Source: Gemmatimonadales bacterium
GTDB taxonomy: Bacteria; Gemmatimonadota; Gemmatimonadetes; Gemmatimonadales; GWC2-71-9
DNA length: 64,000 bases
NCBI GenBank assembly: GCA_035505915.1
Contig: DATJQI010000054.1
Coordinates: 29,854-93,853 of the forward strand
Direction of reading: 5' to 3'
The notes beneath the pieces are model-generated. The model had not been told where the DNA came from, did no database searches, and saw nothing but the letters and a program-made list of their open reading frames with translations. A program made the position numbers and the translations under genes. Shown here one piece after another: positions 20,243 to 30,435 of this stretch (positions are counted from its first letter, which is position 1; each line of letters opens with the position of its first letter).

Positions 20243-20944
20243 ATGGACCTCTATCCCGCCGTCGACGTCTCCGGTGGGCGCGTGGCGCGCGCCCCACGCA
20301 CGCCCGCGGGCGCGGATCTCCCGCTGGGTGTGGCCCGCGCCTTCGCAGGGGCGGGGGCGCGCTGGCTCCACTACGTGGACCTGGACCGCGCCTACCGGCG
20401 GGGCGAGAACCACGCCGTGACCCGCGCCGTCCTCGGCGCGGGGGTGGCGGCGGTGCAGGTGGGCGGCGGACTCAGCGCGGAGCGTGACCTCCGTGAAGTG
20501 CTGGACTGGGGCGCGGCGCGCGTCGTGCTGGGGGCGGCGGCCGCCGCGGACGCCGGCGCCGTGGAGACCGGGCTTCGCGTCGCCGGCCCCGACCGCCTGG
20601 CGGTGGCGTTGGACGTCGCCGATGGACGGCTCGCCCCCCGCGGCGCGCCGGCCGGAGCCGCCGCGCCGTCGCTGGACGTGCTCGTGCTCGCGCGCCGGCT
20701 CCACGGCCAGGGGGTCCGGACCGTGGTGTACACCGAGGTGCCGCGGGACGGGACCCTCGCGGGCGCGGATGTCGCCGGCGCCGCCCGGGTGCGGGCCCTG
20801 GGGCTCGAGGTGATCGTATCGGGCGGGGTCGGGTCGCTGGACGACCTGAGGCGGGCGCGGGAGGCCGGCCTGGCCGGCGTCGTCGTCGGGCGCGCGCTCT
20901 TCGACGGGCGCTTCACGCTGGCGGAGGCCCTGGCATGCGCGTGA
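20243..20944 (+). CDS. HisA/HisF-family (beta/alpha)8 barrel protein, HisA-like
   Basis: MDLYPAVDVSGGRV, VALDVADGRL, VSGGVGSLDDL and GVVVGRALFDG match the ProFAR isomerase layout. No other his genes are nearby. Confidence 0.65.
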   Translation: MDLYPAVDVSGGRVARAPRTPAGADLPLGVARAFAGAGARWLHYVDLDRAYRRGENHAVTRAVLGAGVAAVQVGGGLSAERDLREVLDWGAARVVLGAAAAADAGAVETGLRVAGPDRLAVALDVADGRLAPRGAPAGAAAPSLDVLVLARRLHGQGVRTVVYTEVPRDGTLAGADVAGAARVRALGLEVIVSGGVGSLDDLRRAREAGLAGVVVGRALFDGRFTLAEALACA

Positions 20945-22662
20945 CCCTCAGGCTCATCGGCGTCCTGGCCCTCGTGCTGCTGTTGTGGAATCCGGCGTTC
21001 ACCCGGCGCGTGCCCGGGGGCGGAAACCCGATCGTGCTCCTCGACGCCTCCCTCTCGATGAGGTCCCGGCCCGCGCAATGGCGCGCCGCGCTCGACACGG
21101 CGCGGGCGCTCGCGGGCCACGGCATCATCTGGCGCTTCGGCTCGGGCGTCGCGGCTTTCGATACGGCGGCACCCGCGGACGGGACGTCCCGCCTGGCGCC
21201 CGCCCTCGCCGCCGCGGCGGCCCGCGGGGGACCGGTCACGGTCGTGACCGACGGGGCGATCGACGACGTCGCCCTCCTGCCCGCCGATCTGATCGCCCGC
21301 GCCCGCGTGGTCGTGGTGGGCGCGCCCCCCGGCCCCGATGCGTTCGTATCCGCCGTCGAAGGACCGCATCAGGTGGGAACGGGAGATACCCTCACGTTGC
21401 GGGTGACATACGGGATGGCCGGGAGGAGGGAGGCGGGAAGCGGGAAGCGGGGGGCAAGACTGGTCGTCGCCGATGGCGGGAGGACCATTGAATCGAAGGT
21501 GGTTGCGCTTCCCGACAGCGGGACGTTGACATCGGATGTGACGCTTCCCGCTTCCCTCTTCCCGCGTCCCGGTTGGACTGTCCTGGAGGTGCGCCTCACC
21601 TGGCCTCCCGATTCCGAGCCCCGTGACGACGCGATGGCCTTCCCGCTTCTCGTCTCCTCCGATCCCGCCGCCGTGATCCTCGCCGCGCCCCCCGACTGGG
21701 ACGCCACGTTCCTCGCCCGCACGCTCGGTGACGTGGCCCGGGTTCCGGTGAAGTCGTTCGCGCAGATCGCTCCCGGAACGTGGAACGATGGGACCACGCT
21801 GGCGCCCGTGCCGCCCGATCAGGTGCGGAAGGCGGTGGCGGCGGCGCGGCTGGTGGTGGAGGTGGGCGACCCGGCGCGCTGGCCCGTCACGTCCGCCGCG
21901 GCCCTCCTCACCTGGAATACCGGGACCGGCTCTTCCGGCGACTGGTACCTCACGCCCGCCCCCGCTTCACCGCTCTCGGGCGCGCTCGCCACGGTGCCGT
22001 GGGACTCGCTCCCTCCGGCGCTGGCGGCGCAGCCGGCCGCGCCCGATTCCGGCGTCGTTCCGGTGCTCGAGGCGCAGCTGGCGCGGCGCGGCGCGGTGCG
22101 CCCCGTCGCCACGCTCCTCGAGACCTCCCGCGGGCGCCGCGCCGCGCTCGACGTCAGCGGCCTCTACCGCTGGGACTTCCGGGGCGGCGCGGCCCGCCAG
22201 GCGTACCGGACCGTCGTCGCGGGACTCGTGGACTGGCTCCTGGCCGGCGGACCGGGGGCCACGGCATGGGCCGCGCCCGAGTCGCTCGACGTCGGCAACG
22301 GTCTTCCCATGGTCTGGCGGTGGGTGGGATCCGGCGCGCCCCGGGACCTCCCGATATCTCTCGAGTATCCCGGCGGCGCGCGGGTGGACACCCTCCGCTT
22401 CGGCGCCGACCGGCGTGCGGCGCTGACGCTGCCGGTGAATACCTACCGCTACTCGATCGCGGCGGGCCACGGACGCGGCCTGTTCGTGGTGGATGAGAAC
22501 TCCGCCGAGTGGCACGCGCCGCGAGTCCTGGCGCCGCAGGCCGGGCGGATCGAGCCGGGGCGCGCCGCGGTCGACTGGCGCGACCGCTGGTGGCTCTTCG
22601 CCCTGGCGCTCGCCGCCTTCGCGGGCGAGTGGGTCTGGCGCCGCCGTCTGGGGCTTCCCTGA
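20935..22662 (+). CDS. membrane protein with N-terminal vWA-like (MIDAS) region
   Basis: N-terminal TM helix, DASLS (DxSxS) and VVTDG motifs, and a C-terminal TM helix WWLFALALAAFAGEWVW. The function is unknown. Confidence 0.6.
   Translation: MRVTLRLIGVLALVLLLWNPAFTRRVPGGGNPIVLLDASLSMRSRPAQWRAALDTARALAGHGIIWRFGSGVAAFDTAAPADGTSRLAPALAAAAARGGPVTVVTDGAIDDVALLPADLIARARVVVVGAPPGPDAFVSAVEGPHQVGTGDTLTLRVTYGMAGRREAGSGKRGARLVVADGGRTIESKVVALPDSGTLTSDVTLPASLFPRPGWTVLEVRLTWPPDSEPRDDAMAFPLLVSSDPAAVILAAPPDWDATFLARTLGDVARVPVKSFAQIAPGTWNDGTTLAPVPPDQVRKAVAAARLVVEVGDPARWPVTSAAALLTWNTGTGSSGDWYLTPAPASPLSGALATVPWDSLPPALAAQPAAPDSGVVPVLEAQLARRGAVRPVATLLETSRGRRAALDVSGLYRWDFRGGAARQAYRTVVAGLVDWLLAGGPGATAWAAPESLDVGNGLPMVWRWVGSGAPRDLPISLEYPGGARVDTLRFGADRRAALTLPVNTYRYSIAAGHGRGLFVVDENSAEWHAPRVLAPQAGRIEPGRAAVDWRDRWWLFALALAAFAGEWVWRRRLGLP
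21422..21456 (+). repeat. GGGAAGC-family heptamer array (5 units), G-rich on the sense strand
   Basis: GGGAGGA GGGAGGC GGGAAGC GGGAAGC GGGGGGC, translated as [10 protein letters not shown]. Confidence 0.8.
21544..21571 (-). repeat. GGGAAGC-family heptamer array (4 units), inverted orientation
   Basis: The plus strand reads GCTTCCC GCTTCCC TCTTCCC GCGTCCC, translated as LPASLFPRP. It is the reverse complement of the array at 21422. Confidence 0.8.
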
Positions 22663-23516
22663 TGGGCGTCTGGAGCAAGCTGTCCCGCGTCCTGACCCGC
22701 CGCGACCCGGCGGCGCGGGCCGATGCCGAGCGGGTGCTGGTGGAGGCGGATTTCGGGCCGGCGGCGGCCGAAGAGCTGCTGGAGCGGCTCGCCAAGGTGC
22801 CGGACCGGGAGCTCGAGGACGCGCTCGAGCGTGAAGTGCGCGCATTGCTCGGGGACGGGAAGCCCGGCGGAATCGTGCGCGCCGCGGTCCCGCCGACCGT
22901 CGTGCTGCTCTACGGCGTGAATGGAGCCGGAAAGACGACGACCGCGGCCAAGCTCGCCCACCGGCTGCGTCGCGAAGGGCGGGAGACGCTGCTGGCCGCG
23001 GCGGACACGTTCCGCGCGGGCGCGGTCTCCCAGCTTCGGGTCTGGGCCGAGCGGCTCGGGGCACCGTTCGTGGGCCCGGCGGCGGACGGCACCGGCGACT
23101 CGGCCGCCGTGGCATTCGACGCGGTGAAAGCGGGTGTGGCGCGCGGCGTGGACACGGTCATCATCGACACCGCGGGGCGGCTCCACACGGACGAGCGGCT
23201 GCTCGAGGAGCTGAAGAAAGTGGCGCGAGCCGTGGGCAAGGCCCATCCGGCGCACGACGCGCCCCACGAGTCGTTGCTGGTGCTGGACGGCACCGTGGGC
23301 CAGACGGCGGTGCGGCAGGCGGAGCTCTTCGCCCGCGCGGTGCCGCTGACGGGATTGATCGTGACCAAGCTGGACGGCACCGCGCGGGGCGGGGCGGTCG
23401 TCGCGCTGCGCCGCACCGTGCCGGCGGCGCCGCGCTTCATCGCGACCGGCGAAGGGCTGGACGACCTCGAGCCCTTCGATCCCGAGGCCTTCGCGCGGCG
23501 GCTGGTGCGGGCCTGA
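22662..23516 (+). CDS. ftsY: signal recognition particle receptor FtsY (short form, NG domain only)
   Basis: GVNGAGKTTT, DTAGR and TKLDGTARGG motifs. The ATG overlaps the previous stop by 1 nt. Confidence 0.9.
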   Translation: MGVWSKLSRVLTRRDPAARADAERVLVEADFGPAAAEELLERLAKVPDRELEDALEREVRALLGDGKPGGIVRAAVPPTVVLLYGVNGAGKTTTAAKLAHRLRREGRETLLAAADTFRAGAVSQLRVWAERLGAPFVGPAADGTGDSAAVAFDAVKAGVARGVDTVIIDTAGRLHTDERLLEELKKVARAVGKAHPAHDAPHESLLVLDGTVGQTAVRQAELFARAVPLTGLIVTKLDGTARGGAVVALRRTVPAAPRFIATGEGLDDLEPFDPEAFARRLVRA

Positions 23517-25579
23517 TGTCGCTCGAGCTCAACGCGCCGGTCAAGTTCCTGAAAGGCGTGGGCCCGAAGCGCGCGGAAGCCCTGGCCCGGCTGGGGGTCC
23601 GGACCGTGGGCGATCTCCTCTATCACGTCCCGCACCGGTACCTCGACGCGACGACCGTGACGGCGTTCGCCCGGGCGCGCGCCGGCGTGGAGCTGACCGG
23701 CGTGGGGCGCGTGGTGCACACCGGGATCATCCCCACCCGACGGGGTCTCCGGGTGTTCCGCGCCGTGCTCAAGGACGAGAGCGGCGTCCTCGAGTGCGCC
23801 TGGCCCGGCCAGCCGTTTCTGGAGCGGACGATCAAGCCCGGGCAGCTCCTGCTGGTGACGGGCCCGGTGCGGTACTACCACGGACGCCAGCTTGCGCCGC
23901 GCGAGTTCATCATCCTCGCGGAGCCGGGGGAAGAGGGCCCCGACGGGGGCGTCGTGTTGCCGGTCTATCCGGCCACGGAGGGCCTGAGCCACAAGCAGAT
24001 CCGCGCCCTCATCCATCCCCACCTGGACGCGCTGCTCGAGCTGATCCGTGATCCGCACCCCCCGGCGCTGCGGGCCCGCGTGGGGATCCCGGAGCTGCGG
24101 CTCGCCCTGGCCGCCGTCCACCGTCCCGGCACGCCGGCGGACGCGGAGGCCGGCCGGCGGCGGCTCGCGTTCGACGAGTTCTTCGACCAGCAGCTGGTCC
24201 AGGCCCGCGCGCGCTTTCTCGCCAAGCGGGCCCGCACCGGCATTTCCTTCGAGCTGCGCCGGGAGCTCACCACCGCGCTGAAGGAGCATCTGCCGTTCAC
24301 CCTCACCGGCGACCAGCGGAAGGCCATCCGGGAGATCACGGACGACATGACCGCACGGGAGCGGATGCACCGGCTCCTGATGGGGGACGTGGGGACGGGG
24401 AAGACCGTGGTCGCGCTGTTCGCGATGCTCCTCGCGGTGGAGAACGAGTTCCAGGCGGCCATCATGGCTCCCACGGAGCTCCTGGCGGAGCAGCATCACG
24501 CCACGCTCACCCGCCTCCTGGGCCCCCTCGACCTCCGCCCCGACCTCCTGATCGGCCGGCTGTCGCCCGCGGAGAAGGACGCGGCGCGCGACCGGATCGG
24601 CCGCGGCGCGTCCCGGATCGTGGTCGGGACGCACGCGCTGATTCAGGAATCGGTGGCCTTCCGCCGCCTCGGCCTCGCGGTGGTGGACGAGCAGCACCGC
24701 TTCGGGGTCGAGCAGCGGGCGGCGCTGGTCGAGAAAGGAGACGCGCCGGACGTCCTGCTTCTCACCGCCACGCCCATCCCGCGGTCCCTGGCGCTCACCC
24801 TGTACGGCGACCTCGACGTCACCCGCCTGCAGGAGCGCCCGCCGGGGCGGGGCCATCTCAAGACCGCGCTGCGCACCGAGTCGGCGCGGCCGAAGATCTA
24901 CGACTTCCTGAAGAAAGAGCTGGCCGCCGGGCGCCAGGCGTACGTGGTCTATCCGGTCATCGACGAATCGGAAAAGGTGGATCTCCGGGCGGCGACCACG
25001 ATGGCGGATGCGCTGCGCAAGATCTTCGGCGACGATCGCGTCGGCCTGGTACACGGACGGATGAAGGCGGAAGACCGGGATCGCGCCATGCGCGCGTTCC
25101 GAGACAACACGGTGCCGCTGCTCGTGGCGACCACGGTGATCGAAGTCGGGATCGACGTCCCCAACGCCACGGTGATGGTCATCGAGCACGCCGAGCGGTT
25201 CGGCCTGGCCCAGCTGCACCAGCTGCGGGGGCGCGTGGGCCGCGGCAGCGAAAGCAGTCACTGCATCCTGTTGTCCGACGTGCCCGAGGCGGCGGAGCGG
25301 CTGCGCGCGTTCACCGAAACCACCGACGGCTTCGCCATCGCCGAGCTGGATCTGCGGGAGCGCGGCATGGGAGAGCTGGCGGGAGCCCGGCAGTCGGGCG
25401 GCGCGGCCCTGCGGTTCGTGCACTGGGATACCGACCTGCCCCTGCTCGAAGCGGCGCGCACGGCGGCGGGCGCGATCATCGCGGCGGATCCGGCGCTGAC
25501 CCGGCCCGAGCACGCGGCCTACCGGGCCCGGATCCTCCAGCGCTACGAACGGGGCTTCGAGCTCTTTCGCGTCGGCTAG
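23516..25579 (+). CDS. recG: ATP-dependent DNA helicase RecG
   Basis: Wedge domain N-terminus, GDVGTGKT Walker A, DEQHRFG and QLHQLRGRVGRG motifs. Confidence 0.92.
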   Translation: MSLELNAPVKFLKGVGPKRAEALARLGVRTVGDLLYHVPHRYLDATTVTAFARARAGVELTGVGRVVHTGIIPTRRGLRVFRAVLKDESGVLECAWPGQPFLERTIKPGQLLLVTGPVRYYHGRQLAPREFIILAEPGEEGPDGGVVLPVYPATEGLSHKQIRALIHPHLDALLELIRDPHPPALRARVGIPELRLALAAVHRPGTPADAEAGRRRLAFDEFFDQQLVQARARFLAKRARTGISFELRRELTTALKEHLPFTLTGDQRKAIREITDDMTARERMHRLLMGDVGTGKTVVALFAMLLAVENEFQAAIMAPTELLAEQHHATLTRLLGPLDLRPDLLIGRLSPAEKDAARDRIGRGASRIVVGTHALIQESVAFRRLGLAVVDEQHRFGVEQRAALVEKGDAPDVLLLTATPIPRSLALTLYGDLDVTRLQERPPGRGHLKTALRTESARPKIYDFLKKELAAGRQAYVVYPVIDESEKVDLRAATTMADALRKIFGDDRVGLVHGRMKAEDRDRAMRAFRDNTVPLLVATTVIEVGIDVPNATVMVIEHAERFGLAQLHQLRGRVGRGSESSHCILLSDVPEAAERLRAFTETTDGFAIAELDLRERGMGELAGARQSGGAALRFVHWDTDLPLLEAARTAAGAIIAADPALTRPEHAAYRARILQRYERGFELFRVG

Positions 25580-26064
25580 AAGGCGAGCCGGAGAGCGACG
25601 CCGGCCCCGTCCGGGGTGGGCGCGACCGAGACACTCAGGGGATGGACCGGAATGTTGCGGGGAGTGTGGGACCGGCCCCGGATCTCCGTGACGAAGAGGC
25701 CCACCGCCGCGAGGAGGCTGACCTGTCCGGCGACCAGGCGCCACCGGGCGCGGTGGTCGTAGTACAGGGCGAGCTGGTAGTCGTACTCGGCGGGATAGTA
25801 GCGGTACCGGCCGTCGGACCCGATGGCGCAGTTCTGGCTGTTGTTCAGACAGATGCCGAGCAGGGCGTTCCAGGCGGTGTTCGAGTGCCGATGCTGCTCG
25901 ATGGCGAGCGCGGTGAAGGTGACCGCCCCGGCCGCCGCGACCCACTTCCCGTAGTGCACCGCGGCGTGCTTCCAGGCCGAACGGGGCGCCGAGTCCACGA
26001 CCGACTGCGCCCGGACCCCGGAGCCCGTCAGCCCGAGGATCAGGAGCAGGGTGGCCCGCCTCAT
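25576..26064 (-). CDS. small secreted protein, possible outer-membrane protein (162 aa)
   Basis: Signal peptide MRRATLLLILGLTGSGVRAQ and a C-terminal LRLAF ending in Phe. ATGA overlap with the upstream propeller gene. Confidence 0.55.
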   Translation of the reverse strand: MRRATLLLILGLTGSGVRAQSVVDSAPRSAWKHAAVHYGKWVAAAGAVTFTALAIEQHRHSNTAWNALLGICLNNSQNCAIGSDGRYRYYPAEYDYQLALYYDHRARWRLVAGQVSLLAAVGLFVTEIRGRSHTPRNIPVHPLSVSVAPTPDGAGVALRLAF

Positions 26065-27134
26065 TGGTACGCCACCACTTCGCCGCGATCGCCGATGATG
26101 ATCAGGCGGCCGTCCCGGACCACCGGCGGTTGCTCCACCGGTCCTTCCACCGACACCCGCCACCGCTCGGCGCCGCTCAGGGCGTCCACGCACCGGATCG
26201 TGCCGGCCACATCCGCGACGAGCACGTCGCGCGCCAGGGGGGTGGGGCCGGCGACCGCGATGATCCCGAGCTCCACGCTCCGCGCTTGCGCCGGGGCCGC
26301 CACCGGCACCAGCACGAGCCGGCCGGTCCGGGTCAGCACGAACAGCGTGTCCCGCGCGAGGGCCGGCGAGCCGTAGACGCCGACGCCGAGGTCCAGCGTC
26401 CACGCCGTGTCCAGCGTCCCCGGCGTGAGGGCGGCGATCACGCCGCTGACGGTCGCGAGGTAGATCCGGTTGCCGTCGGTGGCCGGCGTGGCCAGCACCG
26501 GGCCCGGCGCCGCGGCGCGGTGGCGCACGTCGCCGGTCGCGGGGTCGAGCAGGTACAGGGTGTCGTCGGTGGTGGCGACGAAGACCCCCGCGGCGGTGGG
26601 GACGGGCGCGGCCCGCACGGAGCCCGAGACCCGGCGCCGCCACCGGATCGTGCCGCTGTCCGCGTCGATCGCCAGGACCTGGCCGGTCTCGGTTCCCGCG
26701 AACAGCTGCCCGTCCTTGAGGGCCAGCGACGCCGCGACGTCCCCGGCCTTGACGCTCCACACCGTTTTCCCGGAGGCGAGCGCGAGGGCGTAGACCCGGC
26801 CTTGCGGGCTCTCCTCGGTGGCGACGTAGACGCGCGTGGCGGAGAGGAGGGGGCCGCCGTGGATGGTGCCCGAGAGCCGGTGATCCCACAGCACCTGGCC
26901 CGAGTCGGCGCCCAGCAGCACGACCATCCGCTCGGTGGTGCCGATGGCCACCACGTTCTGGCCCACGGCGGGAGCGCCGCGCACTTCGCGGCCGGCGTGC
27001 CGGCGCCAGGCGAGGCGAGGCAGCGAGTCCATCCGCGCGGTGGCGGACATGTCGTGGGCCGGAGACCCGAGATACACCGGCCAGAGCACGTTCTGCTCCG
27101 CCGGGCCGTGCCGGATCACGGGCGCGCACGCCAT
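26061..27134 (-). CDS. PQQ-like beta-propeller repeat protein (BamB-like)
   Basis: Repeated G.V.A.D..tG...W blades (ADSGQVLWDH, ASGKTVWSV, ADSGTIRWRR, ALSGAERWRV). A Cys follows the N-terminal NAMA. The start could be GTG at 27155 or 27161. Confidence 0.7.
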   Translation of the reverse strand: MACAPVIRHGPAEQNVLWPVYLGSPAHDMSATARMDSLPRLAWRRHAGREVRGAPAVGQNVVAIGTTERMVVLLGADSGQVLWDHRLSGTIHGGPLLSATRVYVATEESPQGRVYALALASGKTVWSVKAGDVAASLALKDGQLFAGTETGQVLAIDADSGTIRWRRRVSGSVRAAPVPTAAGVFVATTDDTLYLLDPATGDVRHRAAAPGPVLATPATDGNRIYLATVSGVIAALTPGTLDTAWTLDLGVGVYGSPALARDTLFVLTRTGRLVLVPVAAPAQARSVELGIIAVAGPTPLARDVLVADVAGTIRCVDALSGAERWRVSVEGPVEQPPVVRDGRLIIIGDRGEVVAYQ

Positions 27135-27138
27135 CGCG

Positions 27139-27167
27139 TTGACAGTCCCGAGCACCGCCACTAGTAT
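27139..27167 (+). promoter_or_regulatory. sigma70-like promoter: TTGACA, 17 nt spacer, TAGTAT; 9 nt upstream of the asnS ATG
   Basis: TTGACA 27139-27144 and TAGTAT 27162-27167. No Shine-Dalgarno lies before the ATG at 27177. Confidence 0.6.
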
Positions 27168-27176
27168 GCCGCCGCT

Positions 27177-28456
<1,280 letters not shown>

Positions 28457-28475
<19 letters not shown>

Positions 28476-29296
28476 GCCTTCACTTCGTCCCAGAGCCGGT
28501 CCAGCTCCGCCAATCCCATCGTCCCGAGGTCGAGCCCGCGCTCCTCGGCCATCCGTTCGACGCGTTCGAAGCGATGCGTGAACTTCGCGTTGGCCTTCTC
28601 GAGAGCGGCGCGCGGATCGACGCCCAGCTTGCGGGAGAGGTTCACGACCGCGAACAACAAGTCGCCGACCTCCGCTTCTAACGCGTCCCGCTTTCCGCTT
28701 CCCGCCTCGCGAACCACCTCGCCGAGCTCCTCCCGCACCTTCTCCACGGGACCCGTCGCGTCGGGCCAGTCGAATCCGACGCCGGCCGCGCGTTCCTGGA
28801 GCCGGTACGCCATCAGCAAGTGGGGCAGGGTGGGCGGGAGACCGGAGAGGGTGCCCCGCTTCCCCGTTCCCGGCTCGGCCTTCAGGGCCTCCCGCTTTCC
28901 GGCTTCCCACGTCTTCGGCCTCTCGCCGAGCCCGAACAAATGGGGGTGGCGCCGCCACATCTTCTCTTCGAGTCCGCGCACGACCGCTTCGGCGTCGAAG
29001 GCGCCGCGCTCCTCGCCGATGACGATCTGGAAGGCGAGGTTGAGGAGGAGATCCCCCAGCTCCGCCCGCACCTGGGCCGCATCGCCCCCGCCGATGGCGT
29101 GATCGAGCTCCAAGGCTTCCTCCACCAGGTACGGGCGGAGGGTCTCGGCGGTCTGAGCGGCGTCCCAGGGGCAGCGGGCACGGAGATCGCGCACGAGCGC
29201 GAGGCTCCGGCCCAGCGCGCCATCGGTGTGGCTCACGGTCGACTCGCGGTATGGTTCGAGCGAAACATAACCCGCGGCGCTGGAACCGCTTCTCAT
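28457..29296 (-). CDS. mazG: nucleoside triphosphate pyrophosphohydrolase MazG
   Basis: RCPWD, tandem EExxE/D MazG repeats (LVEEALELDHAI, VREELGEVV) and GDLLF. The start may instead be GTG at 29236. Confidence 0.85.
28683..28703 (-). repeat. GGGAAGC-family heptamer array (3 units) inside mazG
   Basis: The plus strand reads GCGTCCC GCTTTCC GCTTCCC. The sense strand encodes REAGSGKRD. Confidence 0.7.
28853..28908 (-). repeat. two degenerate GGGAAGC-family heptamer arrays inside mazG
   Basis: The plus strand reads CCCC GCTTCCCC GTTCCC, and then GCCTCCC GCTTTCC GGCTTCCC. The sense strand encodes EAGKREALKAEPGTGKRG. Confidence 0.55.
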
Positions 29297-29298
29297 CC

Positions 29299-29327
29299 TT
29301 GCATCTGCGGTGGCCCGCTCCTATCAT
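29299..29327 (+). promoter_or_regulatory. sigma70-like promoter: TTGCAT, 17 nt spacer, TATCAT; 10 nt upstream of the alr GTG
   Basis: TTGCAT 29299-29304 and TATCAT 29322-29327. No Shine-Dalgarno lies before the GTG at 29338. Confidence 0.5.
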
Positions 29328-29337
29328 TCGCGCGCCC

Positions 29338-30435
29338 GTGAGCACCCAACCCCAGTCCACCGATCGAAACCGTCAACACCGTGCGTGGGTGGAAGTGGAC
29401 TTCGGCGCGCTGGTGGAGAACGCCCGCACCATCGCCCGGGTCTCCGGGGCGCCGCTCCTGCCGGTCATCAAGGCGGATGCATATGGGCTGGGGGCCGTGG
29501 GGGCCGCGAAGGCTCTCGAGTCTCTCGATCCGTGGGGCTACGCGGTCGCGACCGTGGAAGAGGGCGCCGAGCTGCGGGCGGCCGGCATCGGCCGGCGCCT
29601 GCTGGTGTTCGCGCCCGCCCAGGCTCCTTCGTTCCCGGACTTCGAGCGCCACCGGCTCACGCCGGTCTTCGATCACCTGCCGGCGCTTCGCGAGTGGCGG
29701 GCCCGGGGGGACGGCGCGTTCCATCTGGAGGTCGACACCGGGATGTCGCGGACCGGAGTGCGGCCGGAAGATCTGGGCGAGTGGCGCGACCTGCTCGACA
29801 CACCGTCGTTCGAAGGGTGCTTCACGCAGTTTCATTCGGCCCACAAGGATCTGGGCGCCACGACGACCCAGTGGGAGAGGCTGACGGAGGCGGTCCGGAC
29901 CTTCGCGCGACGGCCGCTGGTGGTTCACGCCGCGAACAGCGCGGGGGCCCTGCGCGGCCGGCGCTTTGCGGGGGACGCCGTCCGGCCCGGTCTCTTTCTA
30001 TATGGAGGCGCTCCGGGGGCCGGCCTGCCGGAGGGGAAGCCCGTCGCCCGGGTTCAGGCGCGGGTGCTGAGCGTGCGCCGGATCGCGGCGGGGGACAGCG
30101 TGAGCTACGGCGCGACGTGGCACGCCGCGCGCGCGACGACCATCGCGACGCTCGGCATCGGGTACGCCGACGGCGTGCGCCGGTCCATCGTGCGGGACGC
30201 GGAAGCGCACGTGCTCGTGAACGGGGTCCGGTTCCCCTATGCCGGCACGGTCACCATGGATCTGACCATGATCGACGTCGGCGCGGCGCGGGTCGAGCGG
30301 GGGGACGTCGCCACCGTGCTGGGCGCCGCCGAACGAGAGGTCATCACCCTGGCGCAGGTCGCCGCCTGGAGTCAGGAGAGCCAGTACGTCATCCTGACGG
30401 GGCTGGGCCCGCGCCTCGCCCGGCTGCCGGTATGA
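29338..30435 (+). CDS. alr: alanine racemase
   Basis: AWVEVDFGAL N-terminus, PLP lysine motif VIKADAYGLG and GYADG. Confidence 0.88.
   Translation: MSTQPQSTDRNRQHRAWVEVDFGALVENARTIARVSGAPLLPVIKADAYGLGAVGAAKALESLDPWGYAVATVEEGAELRAAGIGRRLLVFAPAQAPSFPDFERHRLTPVFDHLPALREWRARGDGAFHLEVDTGMSRTGVRPEDLGEWRDLLDTPSFEGCFTQFHSAHKDLGATTTQWERLTEAVRTFARRPLVVHAANSAGALRGRRFAGDAVRPGLFLYGGAPGAGLPEGKPVARVQARVLSVRRIAAGDSVSYGATWHAARATTIATLGIGYADGVRRSIVRDAEAHVLVNGVRFPYAGTVTMDLTMIDVGAARVERGDVATVLGAAEREVITLAQVAAWSQESQYVILTGLGPRLARLPV

Noticed and set aside
22910-25945. 1011-aa ORF on the minus strand, opposite ftsY, recG and the small secreted-protein gene
   Set aside because: It is an Arg/Pro/Gly-rich low-complexity translation, typical of stop-poor antisense frames in GC-rich DNA. 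The opposite strand encodes unmistakable FtsY and RecG.
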